From an uncultured Gemmatimonadaceae bacterium (GTDB lineage: Bacteria; Gemmatimonadota; Gemmatimonadetes; Gemmatimonadales; Gemmatimonadaceae), in NCBI GenBank assembly GCA_963761305.1, contig CAVXGK010000001.1, positions 416,001 to 480,000 of the forward strand: a DNA stretch of 64,000 bases. Reading direction: 5' to 3'. A program made the translations under genes and the position numbers. Position 1 is the first letter of the stretch. Each line of letters starts with the position of its first letter. This document shows, piece after piece, positions 28,858 to 39,647 of the stretch. A model generated the notes under the pieces. It was not told the origin of the DNA. It did no database searches and worked only from the letters and a program-made list of their open reading frames with translations.

Positions 28858-30588
28858 ATGAGCAAGCGTCAGAGCCGTAGGGAGTTCATGGGGTTGGCGG
28901 CGGCGAGTGCGGCGGGGATCCTCACTCGGCCGACATTTGGCGACGCGCATCCGTTCACGGCGGCGCCCTTCTCTCTCGCGGCAGATCCGGATCTGCTCGT
29001 CGTCAACGCGAAGGTCTATACGATGGACCCGGCGGCGCCGCGCGCCGAGGCGTTTTCGATCAGCGGTGGGAGGATCGTCGCGGTCGGCAGCAGTGCCGAC
29101 ATTCGCGGGCTGGCGCGCAAAGGCACGCAGACGTTCGACGCCAAAGGCATGACGATCGTGCCAGGCTTCACCGACTGCCACAACCACGCCGGCGGGACGA
29201 CGCTTCTATATGAAGTCCTCGTCGGGAATCCGTTCGAGGTCGAGTTCGTCACCATCGACAGCATCGTCGAGAAGCTCCGCGCCAAGGCGCAGCAAACGCC
29301 GGCCGGCACGTGGGTCGACGGCTACTTCTTCGACGACACGAAGCTCAAGGACAAGCGGCCGCTCAACGCGCACGATCTGGATCGAGTCTCTACCGAACAT
29401 CCCGTCGTCGTGCATCATCGCGGCGGACACACGTCGTTCTACAACACGCACGCGCTCCAGCTGGCGAAGCTCGACCGCGGCACGCCGAATCCGGCGGGCG
29501 GCACGTTCGACCGCGACGAGAACGGCGACTTGAATGGCCGCGTGACCGATCGGGCGCGCAACGTGTTCAACGGCGTCGGCAATCGGCCGAAGTTCACGCC
29601 GGAACAAGCCGAGCAGCGCGGGCGAGACGGCATCGCCCACATCTCCAAACAGTTCGTCCGCTACGGGTTGACGAGCGTGCATCACGAGGGCGGTGATCTC
29701 GCCGCCATCCAGCAGGTGCGCGCGCGCGGCGAGCTGCTGCATCGCGTGAGCTATGAATCGGACGGCCGAGTGCTCGAGTCGATGATCAACGGCGGCATCA
29801 TGACCGGGTTCGGCGACGAGTGGATCAAACTCGGCGCGACGTCCGAGCGCACGGTGGACGGATCGTTCTCCGAGCGCACGATGGCGCTCAGCGTTCCCTA
29901 CCCCGGCTCGCAGTCGGGTTACAAGGGGAACATCACCGAAACGCAGGACGACCTCAACGCGTGGATCGAGCGCGTGCATCGCGCCGGCATTCAGGTCAAC
30001 TGCCACGCCAACGGCGACGTGGCGATCGACATGTTTCTCACCGCGGTCGAGCGTGCGCAGAAGGCGTTTCCGCGTGCCGATGCGCGCCCCAAGATCACGC
30101 ACTGCACGCTCATCAACGACGACCTCGTGCGTCGCATCAAGGCACTCGGCGCCGTGCCGGCGATGTTCACGACGTACGCGTATTACAACTCCGACAAGTT
30201 CGTGTTCTACGGCGAAGACCTGATGAAGCGGAGCATGGCGTATCGCACGATGCTCGACGCGGGCGTCGCTGTGGCGGCCGGGTCGGATTTCTCACCCGGA
30301 CCGTTCGCGCCGCTCATGGGCATTCAGGGGATGGTGACGCGCACGGGATGGGACGGAAAGACGTGGGGCGCGAATCAGCGCATCACCGTGGACGAAGCGA
30401 TCCGGGTGAACACGATGAACGGCGCGTACAACTCGCACGAGGAATCGCTCAAGGGCTCGATCACGGCGGGTAAGCTCGGAGATTTCGTCGTGTTGGCGGA
30501 GGATCCTCACACGGTGAGCCCGGAGAAGATCAAGGATATTCAGATTGTGAGGACGGTGGTGGGGGGAGCGACAGTTTATCAGGGGTAG
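28858..30588 (+). CDS. Tat-exported amidohydrolase (Amidohydro_3/YtcJ-like)
   Basis: SRREF Tat motif; PGFTDCHNH, HANGD, GSDF, GKLGDFVVL. Confidence 0.9.
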   Translation: MSKRQSRREFMGLAAASAAGILTRPTFGDAHPFTAAPFSLAADPDLLVVNAKVYTMDPAAPRAEAFSISGGRIVAVGSSADIRGLARKGTQTFDAKGMTIVPGFTDCHNHAGGTTLLYEVLVGNPFEVEFVTIDSIVEKLRAKAQQTPAGTWVDGYFFDDTKLKDKRPLNAHDLDRVSTEHPVVVHHRGGHTSFYNTHALQLAKLDRGTPNPAGGTFDRDENGDLNGRVTDRARNVFNGVGNRPKFTPEQAEQRGRDGIAHISKQFVRYGLTSVHHEGGDLAAIQQVRARGELLHRVSYESDGRVLESMINGGIMTGFGDEWIKLGATSERTVDGSFSERTMALSVPYPGSQSGYKGNITETQDDLNAWIERVHRAGIQVNCHANGDVAIDMFLTAVERAQKAFPRADARPKITHCTLINDDLVRRIKALGAVPAMFTTYAYYNSDKFVFYGEDLMKRSMAYRTMLDAGVAVAAGSDFSPGPFAPLMGIQGMVTRTGWDGKTWGANQRITVDEAIRVNTMNGAYNSHEESLKGSITAGKLGDFVVLAEDPHTVSPEKIKDIQIVRTVVGGATVYQG

Positions 30589-30617
30589 ACCGGTGGACCG
30601 GTGGACCGGTGGACCGG
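30584..30617 (+). repeat. 8-mer GGTGGACC array x4 starting at stop codon
   Basis: Direct inspection. Confidence 0.9.
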
Positions 30618-30641
30618 AACGGCAAGAAGCGAGGTGATTGC

Positions 30642-31118
30642 ATGCGTCGAATCCAATTCGTAGTCCCCGCACTAGCGGTACTCACGAGCGCCGCGAATGT
30701 GGGAGCGCAGGATGTGGAGCGGGCGGCGGTGATCGCGACGGTGCAGAAAGTGTTCGATGCGATGCGGACGCGTGACACGGCGTTGCTCAGTGTCGCGTTC
30801 GACACGACGGCGCGGCTGGTCGGGGTTCGGACGCGAGACAACACGATCTCGCTGACGACACCGGCGGCGTTCGGAGCAGCGCTGACGCGCGCGCCGGCGG
30901 GGGATGTGTGGAACGAGCGCATCTTCGACCCCGAAGTGCGGATCGATGGCGACCTAGCGCAGGTGTGGGCGTACTACACGTTCCACCGCAACAAGGAATT
31001 CACGCACTGCGGCGTCGACGCATTCATGCTCAGAAAACTCGGCACGCAATGGAAGATCACGCAGCTGTCGGACTCGCGTCGGACGACCGGCTGCACGCAT
31101 ACGGAGCCTCCGGGTTGA
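30642..31118 (+). CDS. Secreted NTF2/SnoaL-like protein
   Basis: Signal peptide; WNERI..PEVRIDGDLAQVW..Y.F....HCGVDAF. Confidence 0.85.
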   Translation: MRRIQFVVPALAVLTSAANVGAQDVERAAVIATVQKVFDAMRTRDTALLSVAFDTTARLVGVRTRDNTISLTTPAAFGAALTRAPAGDVWNERIFDPEVRIDGDLAQVWAYYTFHRNKEFTHCGVDAFMLRKLGTQWKITQLSDSRRTTGCTHTEPPG

Positions 31119-31768
31119 CGACGGCGGGAAAGCAGCCGGCGCGAAAGGGAGTCACGGCGGGGAGTCTTCTCTTCTGGCCGCTCCGGCCGTTCTGGCGACT
31201 CATGTTGCGCGTGATTCCCGCGCCGGACCCGTGGGAGCGGATCGGATACCGCGTTCCGCCGCGCAGGTTCGGCCCCGGTTCTTCGCACGGCTTCGAGTGG
31301 TACTTCGAGGGCGAGAGCACCGTGGCGGTCTCGAACGTCGACGACATCGTCGACTGGCTGCTCGGCTGCGAGTACGTGTCGGACCCCGACCTGTTTCGCG
31401 TCGACGACTACTGGCAGCACCCTCAGACGTTCGAGCAGATCCGTCGCGGCGACTGCGAGGATCACGCGCTCTGGGCATGGCGCAAGCTCATCGAGCTCGG
31501 CTACGACGCGGAGCTCGTCGCGGGGCGTTGCCTGCCGTGGACGCCGGGCGTCGAGGGCAACGACCGCACGCACGCATGGGTGATGTTTCGTCGCGATGGC
31601 GAGTCGTTCGTCTTCGAGGCGACGAGCAAAGTCAGAGAGCGCGTGGTTCGGCCGCTGGCCGAGGTGACGTCGGCATATCGCCCGGAGATCGGTGTGGATC
31701 GCCATCGCAAGAGCTTCGCCTTCGGCGGTGTCCTGGTCACGATGCGCGAGCGAGAGTTCGCGCGATGA
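31115..31768 (+). CDS. Transglutaminase-like cysteine peptidase
   Basis: DYWQHP..F...GDCEDHA, HAWV, FE triad pattern; start uncertain. Confidence 0.75.
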   Translation: MTTAGKQPARKGVTAGSLLFWPLRPFWRLMLRVIPAPDPWERIGYRVPPRRFGPGSSHGFEWYFEGESTVAVSNVDDIVDWLLGCEYVSDPDLFRVDDYWQHPQTFEQIRRGDCEDHALWAWRKLIELGYDAELVAGRCLPWTPGVEGNDRTHAWVMFRRDGESFVFEATSKVRERVVRPLAEVTSAYRPEIGVDRHRKSFAFGGVLVTMREREFAR

Positions 31769-32229
31769 CGATGACAGGCTGCCACGAGTGTGGCGCGTCG
31801 TATGCGAGCGATGACGATTCGTGCGCGGCACGCTTCGAGCGGCTGCTCGCACTCGACCACTCGCGACAAGAGCCATGGGGAAGCCGGCACGGGCAGGCAT
31901 TCGCCGCGTTCGCCCTGCAGCACCCGCAGCGATTCGCGACGTCGCTCGATCATGCGTGGTCGGCCCTCCATCGCATCTACGTCACTGGCGACCGGCCGAG
32001 CTTCGTCTTCGAGCGATTGCGATCGAGTCGCGGCAGCGTGCCGAGTGACTGGACTGTGCCGGCGCGGACGTCGATGCCGGTCGGCAGGCCATCGCTGACG
32101 ATCGCCGACCTCGATACCTTCGACGCAAAGACCTACGCCGAGCGTCTCGACGCGTGGTGTCGGGCGACGCTGGGGATGTGGGGCGCGCACGAACCCTCCG
32201 CGCTTCCAGCGGAGGGAGCCCGGCCGTGA
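31765..32229 (+). CDS. DUF5946-like protein
   Basis: CxEC N-terminus, H....AFALQHP; ATGA coupling. Confidence 0.65.
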   Translation: MTMTGCHECGASYASDDDSCAARFERLLALDHSRQEPWGSRHGQAFAAFALQHPQRFATSLDHAWSALHRIYVTGDRPSFVFERLRSSRGSVPSDWTVPARTSMPVGRPSLTIADLDTFDAKTYAERLDAWCRATLGMWGAHEPSALPAEGARP

Positions 32230-32651
32230 CCGAATACACAACGATGGTCGTCATCGACGCGCCGCCGGAGCGCGTGTGGCAGATCTTGACCGACGCGAGC
32301 GGATATCAAGAGTGGAATCCGGAGATCATCGGCGTCGAAGGACGCATGGCACTTGGCGAGCGAATCGTCGCCCGTGTGCGGCTGGGCGACGGAGCGCTGC
32401 GACGGGTGCCAATGAAGGTGACGCGATTCGAGACGCCGTCGCGCATGGAATGGGTCGGCGGGATGCCGCTCGGACTGTTCGTTGGGCGGCGGACGTTCAC
32501 GGTGACGCCGCGTGCCGGCGGTTGCGAGTTTCGGCTGCATCTCGAGATGAGCGGATTGCTATCGGGGCTCGTCGTCAAGTCGGTTGGAGATCGACAGCCG
32601 GAAGTAGACAGTTTTTCGGCAGCGCTCAAGCGCCGAGCTGAGGCTGGCTGA
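32226..32651 (+). CDS. SRPBCC-domain protein
   Basis: IDAPPERVWQILTD...EWNP; ALKRRAE. Confidence 0.85.
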   Translation: MTEYTTMVVIDAPPERVWQILTDASGYQEWNPEIIGVEGRMALGERIVARVRLGDGALRRVPMKVTRFETPSRMEWVGGMPLGLFVGRRTFTVTPRAGGCEFRLHLEMSGLLSGLVVKSVGDRQPEVDSFSAALKRRAEAG

Positions 32652-32667
32652 CTGCGCGCTTTCCGCT

Positions 32668-34272
32668 CTACCTGAGCCGGACTCTCGCGAGGTGAATCCC
32701 CTTCGCGTCGCGCATCGAGAGATACACGACTTTCCCTTTCCCGAATCCGACGAGAGTGTAGCCGGGCGGAACTTGAAGACGATCGCTCAAGTCGCCTTGC
32801 TTGTTGATCACATCGTACACGGGACCGCCGGGCACCGGCTTCGCGGGATTCGTGCGAACCCAGAGGTTGCCGTCGGCATCGGCGCGCGCGGCGCCGGCGA
32901 CGAACGGCGGGCGATAGTCTGGGAGCTCGTCGGGCGGAACGACGAATAGCTCGCGAATCGTCGGCGGTGGTGGTGCGACGCCGCCGGTCACGACGATCGG
33001 CGACGGAATGCACGACGGCGTTCCACCCTGTGGTCCGGGCGCACCCGGGAAAGCCGGACCGCCAGCCAGAATCGGTGCGCCCGCTACCGGCGCCGCGCCG
33101 GGAGCGGGAGTCGACGACGCGATCATCTTCGGCTCTTCACCGGCGGCGCACGAATAGATGTAGTTCGGGGGGAACGTCACGCCGGGTGGAAGCTTCCAAT
33201 CCTTCGACAGCCCGTTCTGCGGCACGAACTTGTCGGGAACCTTGAAATCCTTCGGGTAGGGTTTCTCGTACATGTTCGTCCAGCGGATCATCGCCGCGAC
33301 GTAGGTGCCCATCTGCGAGCGACGATTGGCGTCCTTCACCGAGTCGACGAATTTCTGCTTGTCGTCGTCGCCGAGACGCTGCCAGTCGAATGGCACCTTG
33401 GGCGACGACGTCCACGAGCCGTCGGGCTGGTGATAGTCGATCCGATAGTCTCGGCCGCGCAGGAAGGCGACCGAGCCGGTGGGCAGCACGGCCCACTCGT
33501 CGGTCGTCGGCAGCGGGTTCGTCATCACCGTGAGGGACAGGAACCCTTCAGCCGATTGATGAATCTGATAGTCGACTTTTGGAATCTTGACGGCGCCGAG
33601 CGTGTCGAGCTTGCGGGTGTCGAGATCGATGGCGACGATGAAGGCCGAGTCCGGGGGCGACGGGAAGTACGGGACGCCCGCCGGCGGCGCGACCTTCGGC
33701 GGCCCCGGACGCGCCGAGATGCGGTAGATGACGCGACCGCGCCCGTCGGTCGCCGGCCAGCCGAAGTTGCCGGTCGTGTTGGTGTACGAGAAGATGTCGT
33801 CCGGGCTCCACGCCGAGCGGACGCGGACGATGTGGGCGGTCGGGTCGAGAATGAGCGCGGCGTACGACGCGGGGTCGACGAACAGCATCGAGTCGGCGCG
33901 ATACGGGATGAGCATTCCGGGCCGCGTGCCGTACGTGTTGGCGACTTCGGCCAGCGAGTCGAGCACGACCTCGACCGTCTTGAGCGTCGTGTCCATCAAC
34001 ACGAGCCGGCGACGGACGCCGTCGTTCACCAGCACGCGCCCGTCGGCGAGCTCCAACACGCTGGTGATGGCGCCGATGTCTTCGGTGGAGACGGCGGACG
34101 CGGTCGAGATGCGTCGGACCGGCGGGCCGATCATCGCCCTGTGCGTCGTGTCGGGCGGCGGCGCGATGGCCGGTTTACGCGCTGAGTCAGATTGGGCGGC
34201 GAGGAACGACGGCGCCGTGAGCGTGGCGGCGATGGCGATGGCCGCAATGCGCGACGAGTGTGTCGTGTTCAT
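32668..34272 (-). CDS. Secreted hypothetical protein, probable beta-propeller
   Basis: Signal peptide at ATG 34272 overlapping upstream stop; ELADGRVLVND, DEWAV, ADADGNLWV. Confidence 0.7.
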   Translation of the reverse strand: MNTTHSSRIAAIAIAATLTAPSFLAAQSDSARKPAIAPPPDTTHRAMIGPPVRRISTASAVSTEDIGAITSVLELADGRVLVNDGVRRRLVLMDTTLKTVEVVLDSLAEVANTYGTRPGMLIPYRADSMLFVDPASYAALILDPTAHIVRVRSAWSPDDIFSYTNTTGNFGWPATDGRGRVIYRISARPGPPKVAPPAGVPYFPSPPDSAFIVAIDLDTRKLDTLGAVKIPKVDYQIHQSAEGFLSLTVMTNPLPTTDEWAVLPTGSVAFLRGRDYRIDYHQPDGSWTSSPKVPFDWQRLGDDDKQKFVDSVKDANRRSQMGTYVAAMIRWTNMYEKPYPKDFKVPDKFVPQNGLSKDWKLPPGVTFPPNYIYSCAAGEEPKMIASSTPAPGAAPVAGAPILAGGPAFPGAPGPQGGTPSCIPSPIVVTGGVAPPPPTIRELFVVPPDELPDYRPPFVAGAARADADGNLWVRTNPAKPVPGGPVYDVINKQGDLSDRLQVPPGYTLVGFGKGKVVYLSMRDAKGIHLARVRLR

Positions 34273-37200
34273 CGTGAAATACTCACGGCGACAAAGTCCG
34301 CTCCGCCGCCGCCGACAAAGATCGGCGCGCCGAAGATGGGCGAAATCCCTCCCACGTACAGCGAGGTGCCATCGCGCACCGAGGCGAGATACAGTGGGTC
34401 GAGCGAGTTGAGTGTGAGTTGCGGGAGCTTTCGCAGCTGGTCCGGCGTGAGCAGTCCACGAATCGTCGGCGCGAGAGAGGAGATCATCCCGATTTGGGCG
34501 CGACGCGCGAAGATGAAGCGATCGAACGCCTCGCCTTCGTTGTAGCGCTCGGGAAGACGGGCGAGATAGCGCGCGACGGGCGCCCACAGCGAATCGCAGC
34601 GATAGGTGTAGCGGCGGTTCATCGCCGCCAGGCTGTCCGCCTGCACGACGGTGAGATGCAGCGAATCCTGCTGCCGGATGATGACCGACATCGGATTCGA
34701 GATGCTGTTCACGCCGACGAGCCGAAAGAGCTGCTCCGGCGTGCGCGAGCCGGGCAGCGTACGGCCGACGCCGAGCTGCATGCCGAGCGTCTGCCGCTCG
34801 CGCATCTCGCCGACGTCCACGCGAACCTGCGTCGTGAACACGACCGGCGAACGCAGCACGACGAGCGCCGGGCTCGTGGCTCCGAAGCGCTGGTTCACCT
34901 GGTAGTTGTACCGATTGGTCGTCGGGTCGAAACCATGGACGTAGAGCAGGCTCGGGTCCGGCGCGTACGTCTGTCCCCATCCCTTGAGGTGACCCGAACC
35001 GTTGAGCGCGAGGTCCGCCGCACCCAGCGGATTGTTGAGCGAGAACGAGACGTTGGCGCGCTGCGGCATGCGGAACTTGGCGCGGTCGAGCTGCAGCTGA
35101 ATGTTCGCCGTGGAGCTCCACGGAGTGCCGCAGCTGTTGCGCGACGCGATGTGGCCGAGCTGTGCCTCGAGACAATCGCGCGTCCCGCCGGTGGCGTTGT
35201 CGAGCAACTGCCGCATCCCGTTCGACAGCGCCGTGTCGGCGACCGTGTTGGGATTGTAGATGAACGCGCGGTCGTTGCTGTAGCCGTCGCCGTTCACGTC
35301 GCCGGCGATCATGGGCGTGAACTTGTTTCCCGAACGGAATTGCCCATTCCACGTGATCGCCGCGGCGTTGAACAAGTTGTAGCGAAGGTTGTAGCTGATC
35401 TGGTGCGGACCGGCGCCGTTCGTCGCCCAGACGACGTCGAGCGGATTGCCCGCCGTGTTCGAGAAGCCGGAGACCTGCTCTCGCGTGTGGAGATAGGTGT
35501 ACGTCGCCGACCAGGTGAACTTGGTGGGGCCGTGCGGCACGGGCGCGAACGACACCTGGATCTGCGACGAGCGCGACTGGAGATCCGAGCGGATCTCGTT
35601 CACGTGCGTGTAGGACGACGTGACGCGCGCGTCGCCCGGGGCGATCGTGCCGGTGGTCGGCACGATGTCGGCCGCCTGCGCGTATACGGGCCGCCCGTCG
35701 TCGAGCGTGAACTGTTGCGCCGGTTTGAAGTTGAGGTCGAACGTGCGCTGCTGATTCAGGTTGAGCGAGTACGTGCCCGCGAGCCCGAGCGAGTAGCGGC
35801 CGTCGAGGATGCTGCCGTTCCACGAGGTGTTGGCGCGCACCGAGCGCGGCGCGTGATAGTCGTGCGAGATGAGGTAGACGTTCGGCGCCGTGACGGCGAA
35901 CGGAGTGCCCAGCGTACCGTCGGCGCACGTGGTCGGGACGGAGCCGGGGTCGTTCTCATACGCTGACCAATTCGGAATCGGTGCCGCCGGTCCGACGCAC
36001 GTGATCTGCTGCGCACCCGAGGCGAGTCCCGTGTTGTCGAGCGCCGAGCCGATGAGACCGACGCTCGGATTGTTGCTGTATACGCCGATGTTGGCCCGCA
36101 GCACTGCGCGCGGGGCCCGCTGCGCGCCGGTAAAGGCGAAGATCTCCGGCGCCTCGCCAAGTGTTTTCTGGAAGCCGATGCGCGGACTGATGGCGATCGG
36201 CGACGGGACATGGTCGTTGCGCACGCCGAACACGCGGTCGACGTCGGGGTTGTAGAGCGGCGTCGTGGCGTAGTGGGCGCCGTCGACGCGCAGGCCGTAT
36301 TGAATCTGAAGATCCTGCGTGCGCCGGTATGAATCGCCTAGCGACGCGCCGGCCAGGAACAGATTGATCGAGCGGTCGTACGCCGTGAGGTTGCGCGTGA
36401 ACGACGCCGGCGCACCGTTGGCGAGATCGGAGAGCGAATTGAACGTGAACGTGCCCAGCCGGTTGGCCGACTGGTTGATCGACGACCCGTTGTAGTTGAA
36501 CTCCGTCTCCAGCTTGAGCCGGTGCTTGTTCGCGTTGTCGAACCAGGAAAGTACGTTCTGGACGCCGGCGTTGGTGGATTGCGACGTGGAGCTGAGCGAC
36601 TGGCTGCCGCCGAACGTGAGGTTCGACACGCCGCTGGCGCCGTCGGGAAGGTCGGAGCTGACGCGCACGTTGCCGGCCGGCAGCGTCAGGTAGGGCGTCC
36701 CGTAGTTGCGCGACACGCTCATCGTCGCCTGCGACTCGCTGAGCGTGTTGCCGATGTATCCGCTGTGGCGGCCTTGCAGGCCGCCGGTCCAACTGATTCG
36801 GTCGCCGCTCGCCGACGCCAGCGACGTCGCGCCGCCGAACGCCGGATTCTGCCGCGACCAATTCGCGTTGTAGGTGAGACCGACCGACTGCCCGCTGCTG
36901 GACGTCGGCGGTGAAAACGTCACATTGCCGAAGAGCGAGCCGTTGTCGCTGAGCCGCGTCGGGTGCAGACCGCCAGCGGTCGTCGACAGCCCGCGCTGCG
37001 CCAGAATGCCGAGCAGATTCTTCACCGAATCAGCGGCGACGCCGGCAGTGAGGAATCCCAGCGGCGTCGTATTGAGCAGGGTCGCGTTGTCGCGCATCTG
37101 GCGGCCAAGTTGATACGACAAACTATAGAACGACCGGTTGTAGCTGATCGGCCCGGAGAACACGCCGCCCAACGAGAGATTCGTGTACTCGGTGCCGATC

Positions 37201-38036
37201 GCCTGCGCCGCACGATCCGTCCACTCGAGCGTGGGCGAGTTGAACACGAAGCTCGTGCCGCGCGTGCGGAAGTTCGACCCTGACGAGGCGGTGAGATTGA
37301 AATTCCCGCCGCTGAACCCGCCGCGAGACACGTCGAGCGTGGACGTCGACAGCGACGACGAGACCTGCGCGTCGCGTGGCAGGTTGCTCGAGTTGAACGA
37401 CTGCCCGTTCATCGTCGTCGTGTTTTGATCGGCGCCGAGTCCGAGGACGGAGAACCCGTCGGGCTGTCCGTCGAGTCCGGGGATGAGCGTCACGCCGGGG
37501 AGCGATGCGGCCATCGACGCCAGGTCGCCCTGGAGTTCGGGCGGCAGGTTGGAGTTGGTGACCGTCTGCTCGCTGCCGCTCACATCGGGCGTCTGGTTGT
37601 TGCGATTTATGCGTTGCTGATTCGACGCGGTGGCCACGACGGTGTCCAACTGCACGACGGCGAGTCGAGCGTCGGCGATCAAGACATCCTCGTCGGCCAC
37701 CTGCTTGATCTCGAACTGCTTGAACGCGTAGCCGATGAGCGAGAAGCCCATGATATAGTCGTGCGGGCCGCCGGCGAACGCGATCTGGTAGCCCCCATCC
37801 CGGTTCGTCCGCGCCTCGCGCGTGACGTTGCCGGGGATCGACGTGGCGGTGACGCGCACGTTCAGGAGCGGCAGGCCTTCCACCGTGAGCACGCGTCCGC
37901 GAATGACGTCGGTCTGCGCGGCGGCGTGCGACGCGCTGACGCCGAGTCCGGCCGCAGCGAAGAACGCACAAGACAAAAGGCGACGGGTGCAGCGAGCAAC
38001 GACCATCGGGATCCGACGCATCGAGCCCCCGGACAT
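34269..38036 (-). CDS. TonB-dependent-receptor-like (Oar-type) outer-membrane protein with C-terminal helical extension
   Basis: Signal peptide, carboxypeptidase-regulatory-like N-domain, plug-like region, YGLRVD, SPRIGF, GDVNGDG..ND. Confidence 0.75.
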   Translation of the reverse strand: MSGGSMRRIPMVVARCTRRLLSCAFFAAAGLGVSASHAAAQTDVIRGRVLTVEGLPLLNVRVTATSIPGNVTREARTNRDGGYQIAFAGGPHDYIMGFSLIGYAFKQFEIKQVADEDVLIADARLAVVQLDTVVATASNQQRINRNNQTPDVSGSEQTVTNSNLPPELQGDLASMAASLPGVTLIPGLDGQPDGFSVLGLGADQNTTTMNGQSFNSSNLPRDAQVSSSLSTSTLDVSRGGFSGGNFNLTASSGSNFRTRGTSFVFNSPTLEWTDRAAQAIGTEYTNLSLGGVFSGPISYNRSFYSLSYQLGRQMRDNATLLNTTPLGFLTAGVAADSVKNLLGILAQRGLSTTAGGLHPTRLSDNGSLFGNVTFSPPTSSSGQSVGLTYNANWSRQNPAFGGATSLASASGDRISWTGGLQGRHSGYIGNTLSESQATMSVSRNYGTPYLTLPAGNVRVSSDLPDGASGVSNLTFGGSQSLSSTSQSTNAGVQNVLSWFDNANKHRLKLETEFNYNGSSINQSANRLGTFTFNSLSDLANGAPASFTRNLTAYDRSINLFLAGASLGDSYRRTQDLQIQYGLRVDGAHYATTPLYNPDVDRVFGVRNDHVPSPIAISPRIGFQKTLGEAPEIFAFTGAQRAPRAVLRANIGVYSNNPSVGLIGSALDNTGLASGAQQITCVGPAAPIPNWSAYENDPGSVPTTCADGTLGTPFAVTAPNVYLISHDYHAPRSVRANTSWNGSILDGRYSLGLAGTYSLNLNQQRTFDLNFKPAQQFTLDDGRPVYAQAADIVPTTGTIAPGDARVTSSYTHVNEIRSDLQSRSSQIQVSFAPVPHGPTKFTWSATYTYLHTREQVSGFSNTAGNPLDVVWATNGAGPHQISYNLRYNLFNAAAITWNGQFRSGNKFTPMIAGDVNGDGYSNDRAFIYNPNTVADTALSNGMRQLLDNATGGTRDCLEAQLGHIASRNSCGTPWSSTANIQLQLDRAKFRMPQRANVSFSLNNPLGAADLALNGSGHLKGWGQTYAPDPSLLYVHGFDPTTNRYNYQVNQRFGATSPALVVLRSPVVFTTQVRVDVGEMRERQTLGMQLGVGRTLPGSRTPEQLFRLVGVNSISNPMSVIIRQQDSLHLTVVQADSLAAMNRRYTYRCDSLWAPVARYLARLPERYNEGEAFDRFIFARRAQIGMISSLAPTIRGLLTPDQLRKLPQLTLNSLDPLYLASVRDGTSLYVGGISPIFGAPIFVGGGGADFVAVSISR

Positions 38037-38223
38037 TTCAGGGTGGGTGAGCCACGCTACGAACGCCCGGCGAGCGGGTCAAGGCGTTCGTTCAGTCGTC
38101 GGCCCATCTTTAATCAAGTGCTAATGCGAGGTCCCTATGGCCGGGGTCGTCGCATGTCACTTGATAGCGTTGGACACGTGGCGACGGAGTTTCGTTGCTC
38201 CGTCGCGCGATCGACTCGGCCTC

Positions 38224-39435
38224 TTACGGCCAGCGAATGGGGGCGGGTGTCAGGTGCGGGACGATCGTGCCGTCGCCGAGTCCGCCGTCGGAGTTGTCGC
38301 CCCAGCAGTAGACGGCGTGGCCCGTAACGACGCCGCAGGTGTACCCGGTGCCGCTGGAAATGCTGAGGAAGGTCAGGCCGCCGGCGACGGCCGTGGGCGC
38401 GGAGCGGTGGTCCGTGCTTCCGTCTCCGATCGCGCCGAAGTTGTAGCCCCAGCAGTAGCCGGCGCCGGACACGGTTACGCCACACATCGTCTCGTACCCG
38501 GCCGAGAGACTCTGAAACGTCAGGTCACCGGAGACGGCCACCGGCGACGGTCGGCGTATCAGGCCGTCGGACGTGCCGCTCGAGCCGTCGCCGACGGTGC
38601 CGTAGAAGTTGTCGCCCCAACAGTAGGCTTTGCCGGCCGACGTGAGACCGCAGACTGTATGACCGCCGCCGACGAGGCTCTCGAACGTGAGGTCCCCTGA
38701 AACGGCGACGGGCGTCTGGCTCGTCCTGCTGTTGCCATCGCCGAGCTGGCCGGAGTTGCCGAGCCCCCAGCAAAACGCGGAGCCGGTGGTGGCGAGGCCG
38801 CAGGTGTAATCGGCGCCGGCGACGATGCTCTGGAAGCTGAGGCTCGGGGCAGCGGCAGTCGGAACGAGATGGCCGCCCGTCGAGCCGTCGCCGAACGCCC
38901 CGTTGGCGCTGAATCCCCAGCAGTAGGCCGCGCCGCCCGTCGTGACGCCGCACGTGTGACCGTCGCCGATGGCGAGGTCCTTGAACGCGAGGCCGCCGGC
39001 CACCGGCGTCGGGTTCGTGTGGTCCGTCGTCGTGCCATCGCCCAACTGTCCTCGGTCGTTCTCACCCCAGCAGTACGCCGCGCCGGTGGTGGACAACGCG
39101 CAGGAAATCTCAGCGGCTTTGGAGACGAAGACTCGCTGGAACGTGACGTTGGTTCCGGCCGAGATCGGCGTCGGCGCCAGGATCGGCGTGTCGCCGGTCT
39201 GCGGCTGGCCGGCGACGATGTACCCCCAGCAGTACGCCGCGCCGGTCGTCGAGACCGCGCACGTGTGCTCCGCCGCCGTTATCGACGCGATCGCCGGCGG
39301 AGTGCCGTCCCCCGTCTGCGGTTGCGACGGATTCAGATCCGTCGCCGTCGGACTGCACGCCGGTGAGAGAACACCGAGCGTCAGTGCCAGGACCGCCGAC
39401 TTTCGGCGGAACGAGTGCAACAAAGAGTAAACCAT
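38224..39435 (-). CDS. RCC1-repeat lipoprotein
   Basis: Seven repeats of HTC..T..G.AYCWG.N..GQLGDG. Confidence 0.92.
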   Translation of the reverse strand: MVYSLLHSFRRKSAVLALTLGVLSPACSPTATDLNPSQPQTGDGTPPAIASITAAEHTCAVSTTGAAYCWGYIVAGQPQTGDTPILAPTPISAGTNVTFQRVFVSKAAEISCALSTTGAAYCWGENDRGQLGDGTTTDHTNPTPVAGGLAFKDLAIGDGHTCGVTTGGAAYCWGFSANGAFGDGSTGGHLVPTAAAPSLSFQSIVAGADYTCGLATTGSAFCWGLGNSGQLGDGNSRTSQTPVAVSGDLTFESLVGGGHTVCGLTSAGKAYCWGDNFYGTVGDGSSGTSDGLIRRPSPVAVSGDLTFQSLSAGYETMCGVTVSGAGYCWGYNFGAIGDGSTDHRSAPTAVAGGLTFLSISSGTGYTCGVVTGHAVYCWGDNSDGGLGDGTIVPHLTPAPIRWP

Positions 39436-39647
39436 TGTCTGCGTTTTCAGCCTGAGCCGAGGTCTAGGGCAGACCTCCGCCCAGACTGAATACGCAGCCA
39501 CTCTAGTGAGCTGGACATCCTCCGCAGTTTCCCGGTCCACCGGTTCACCCGTTCGCCGCGGCGTCGGGCCGTGGCGCGCCTTCGTGCCGGACGATCTACG
39601 TCACGTGCGGTAGATTCGCGGCCTCGTGCTCGTCAAGGTCGACACGC

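Noticed and set aside
34273..35928. 5' half of the 1086-aa ORF 32668-35928
   Set aside because: Arg-rich shadow frame overlapping the barrel gene; the real start is ATG 34272 with a signal peptide
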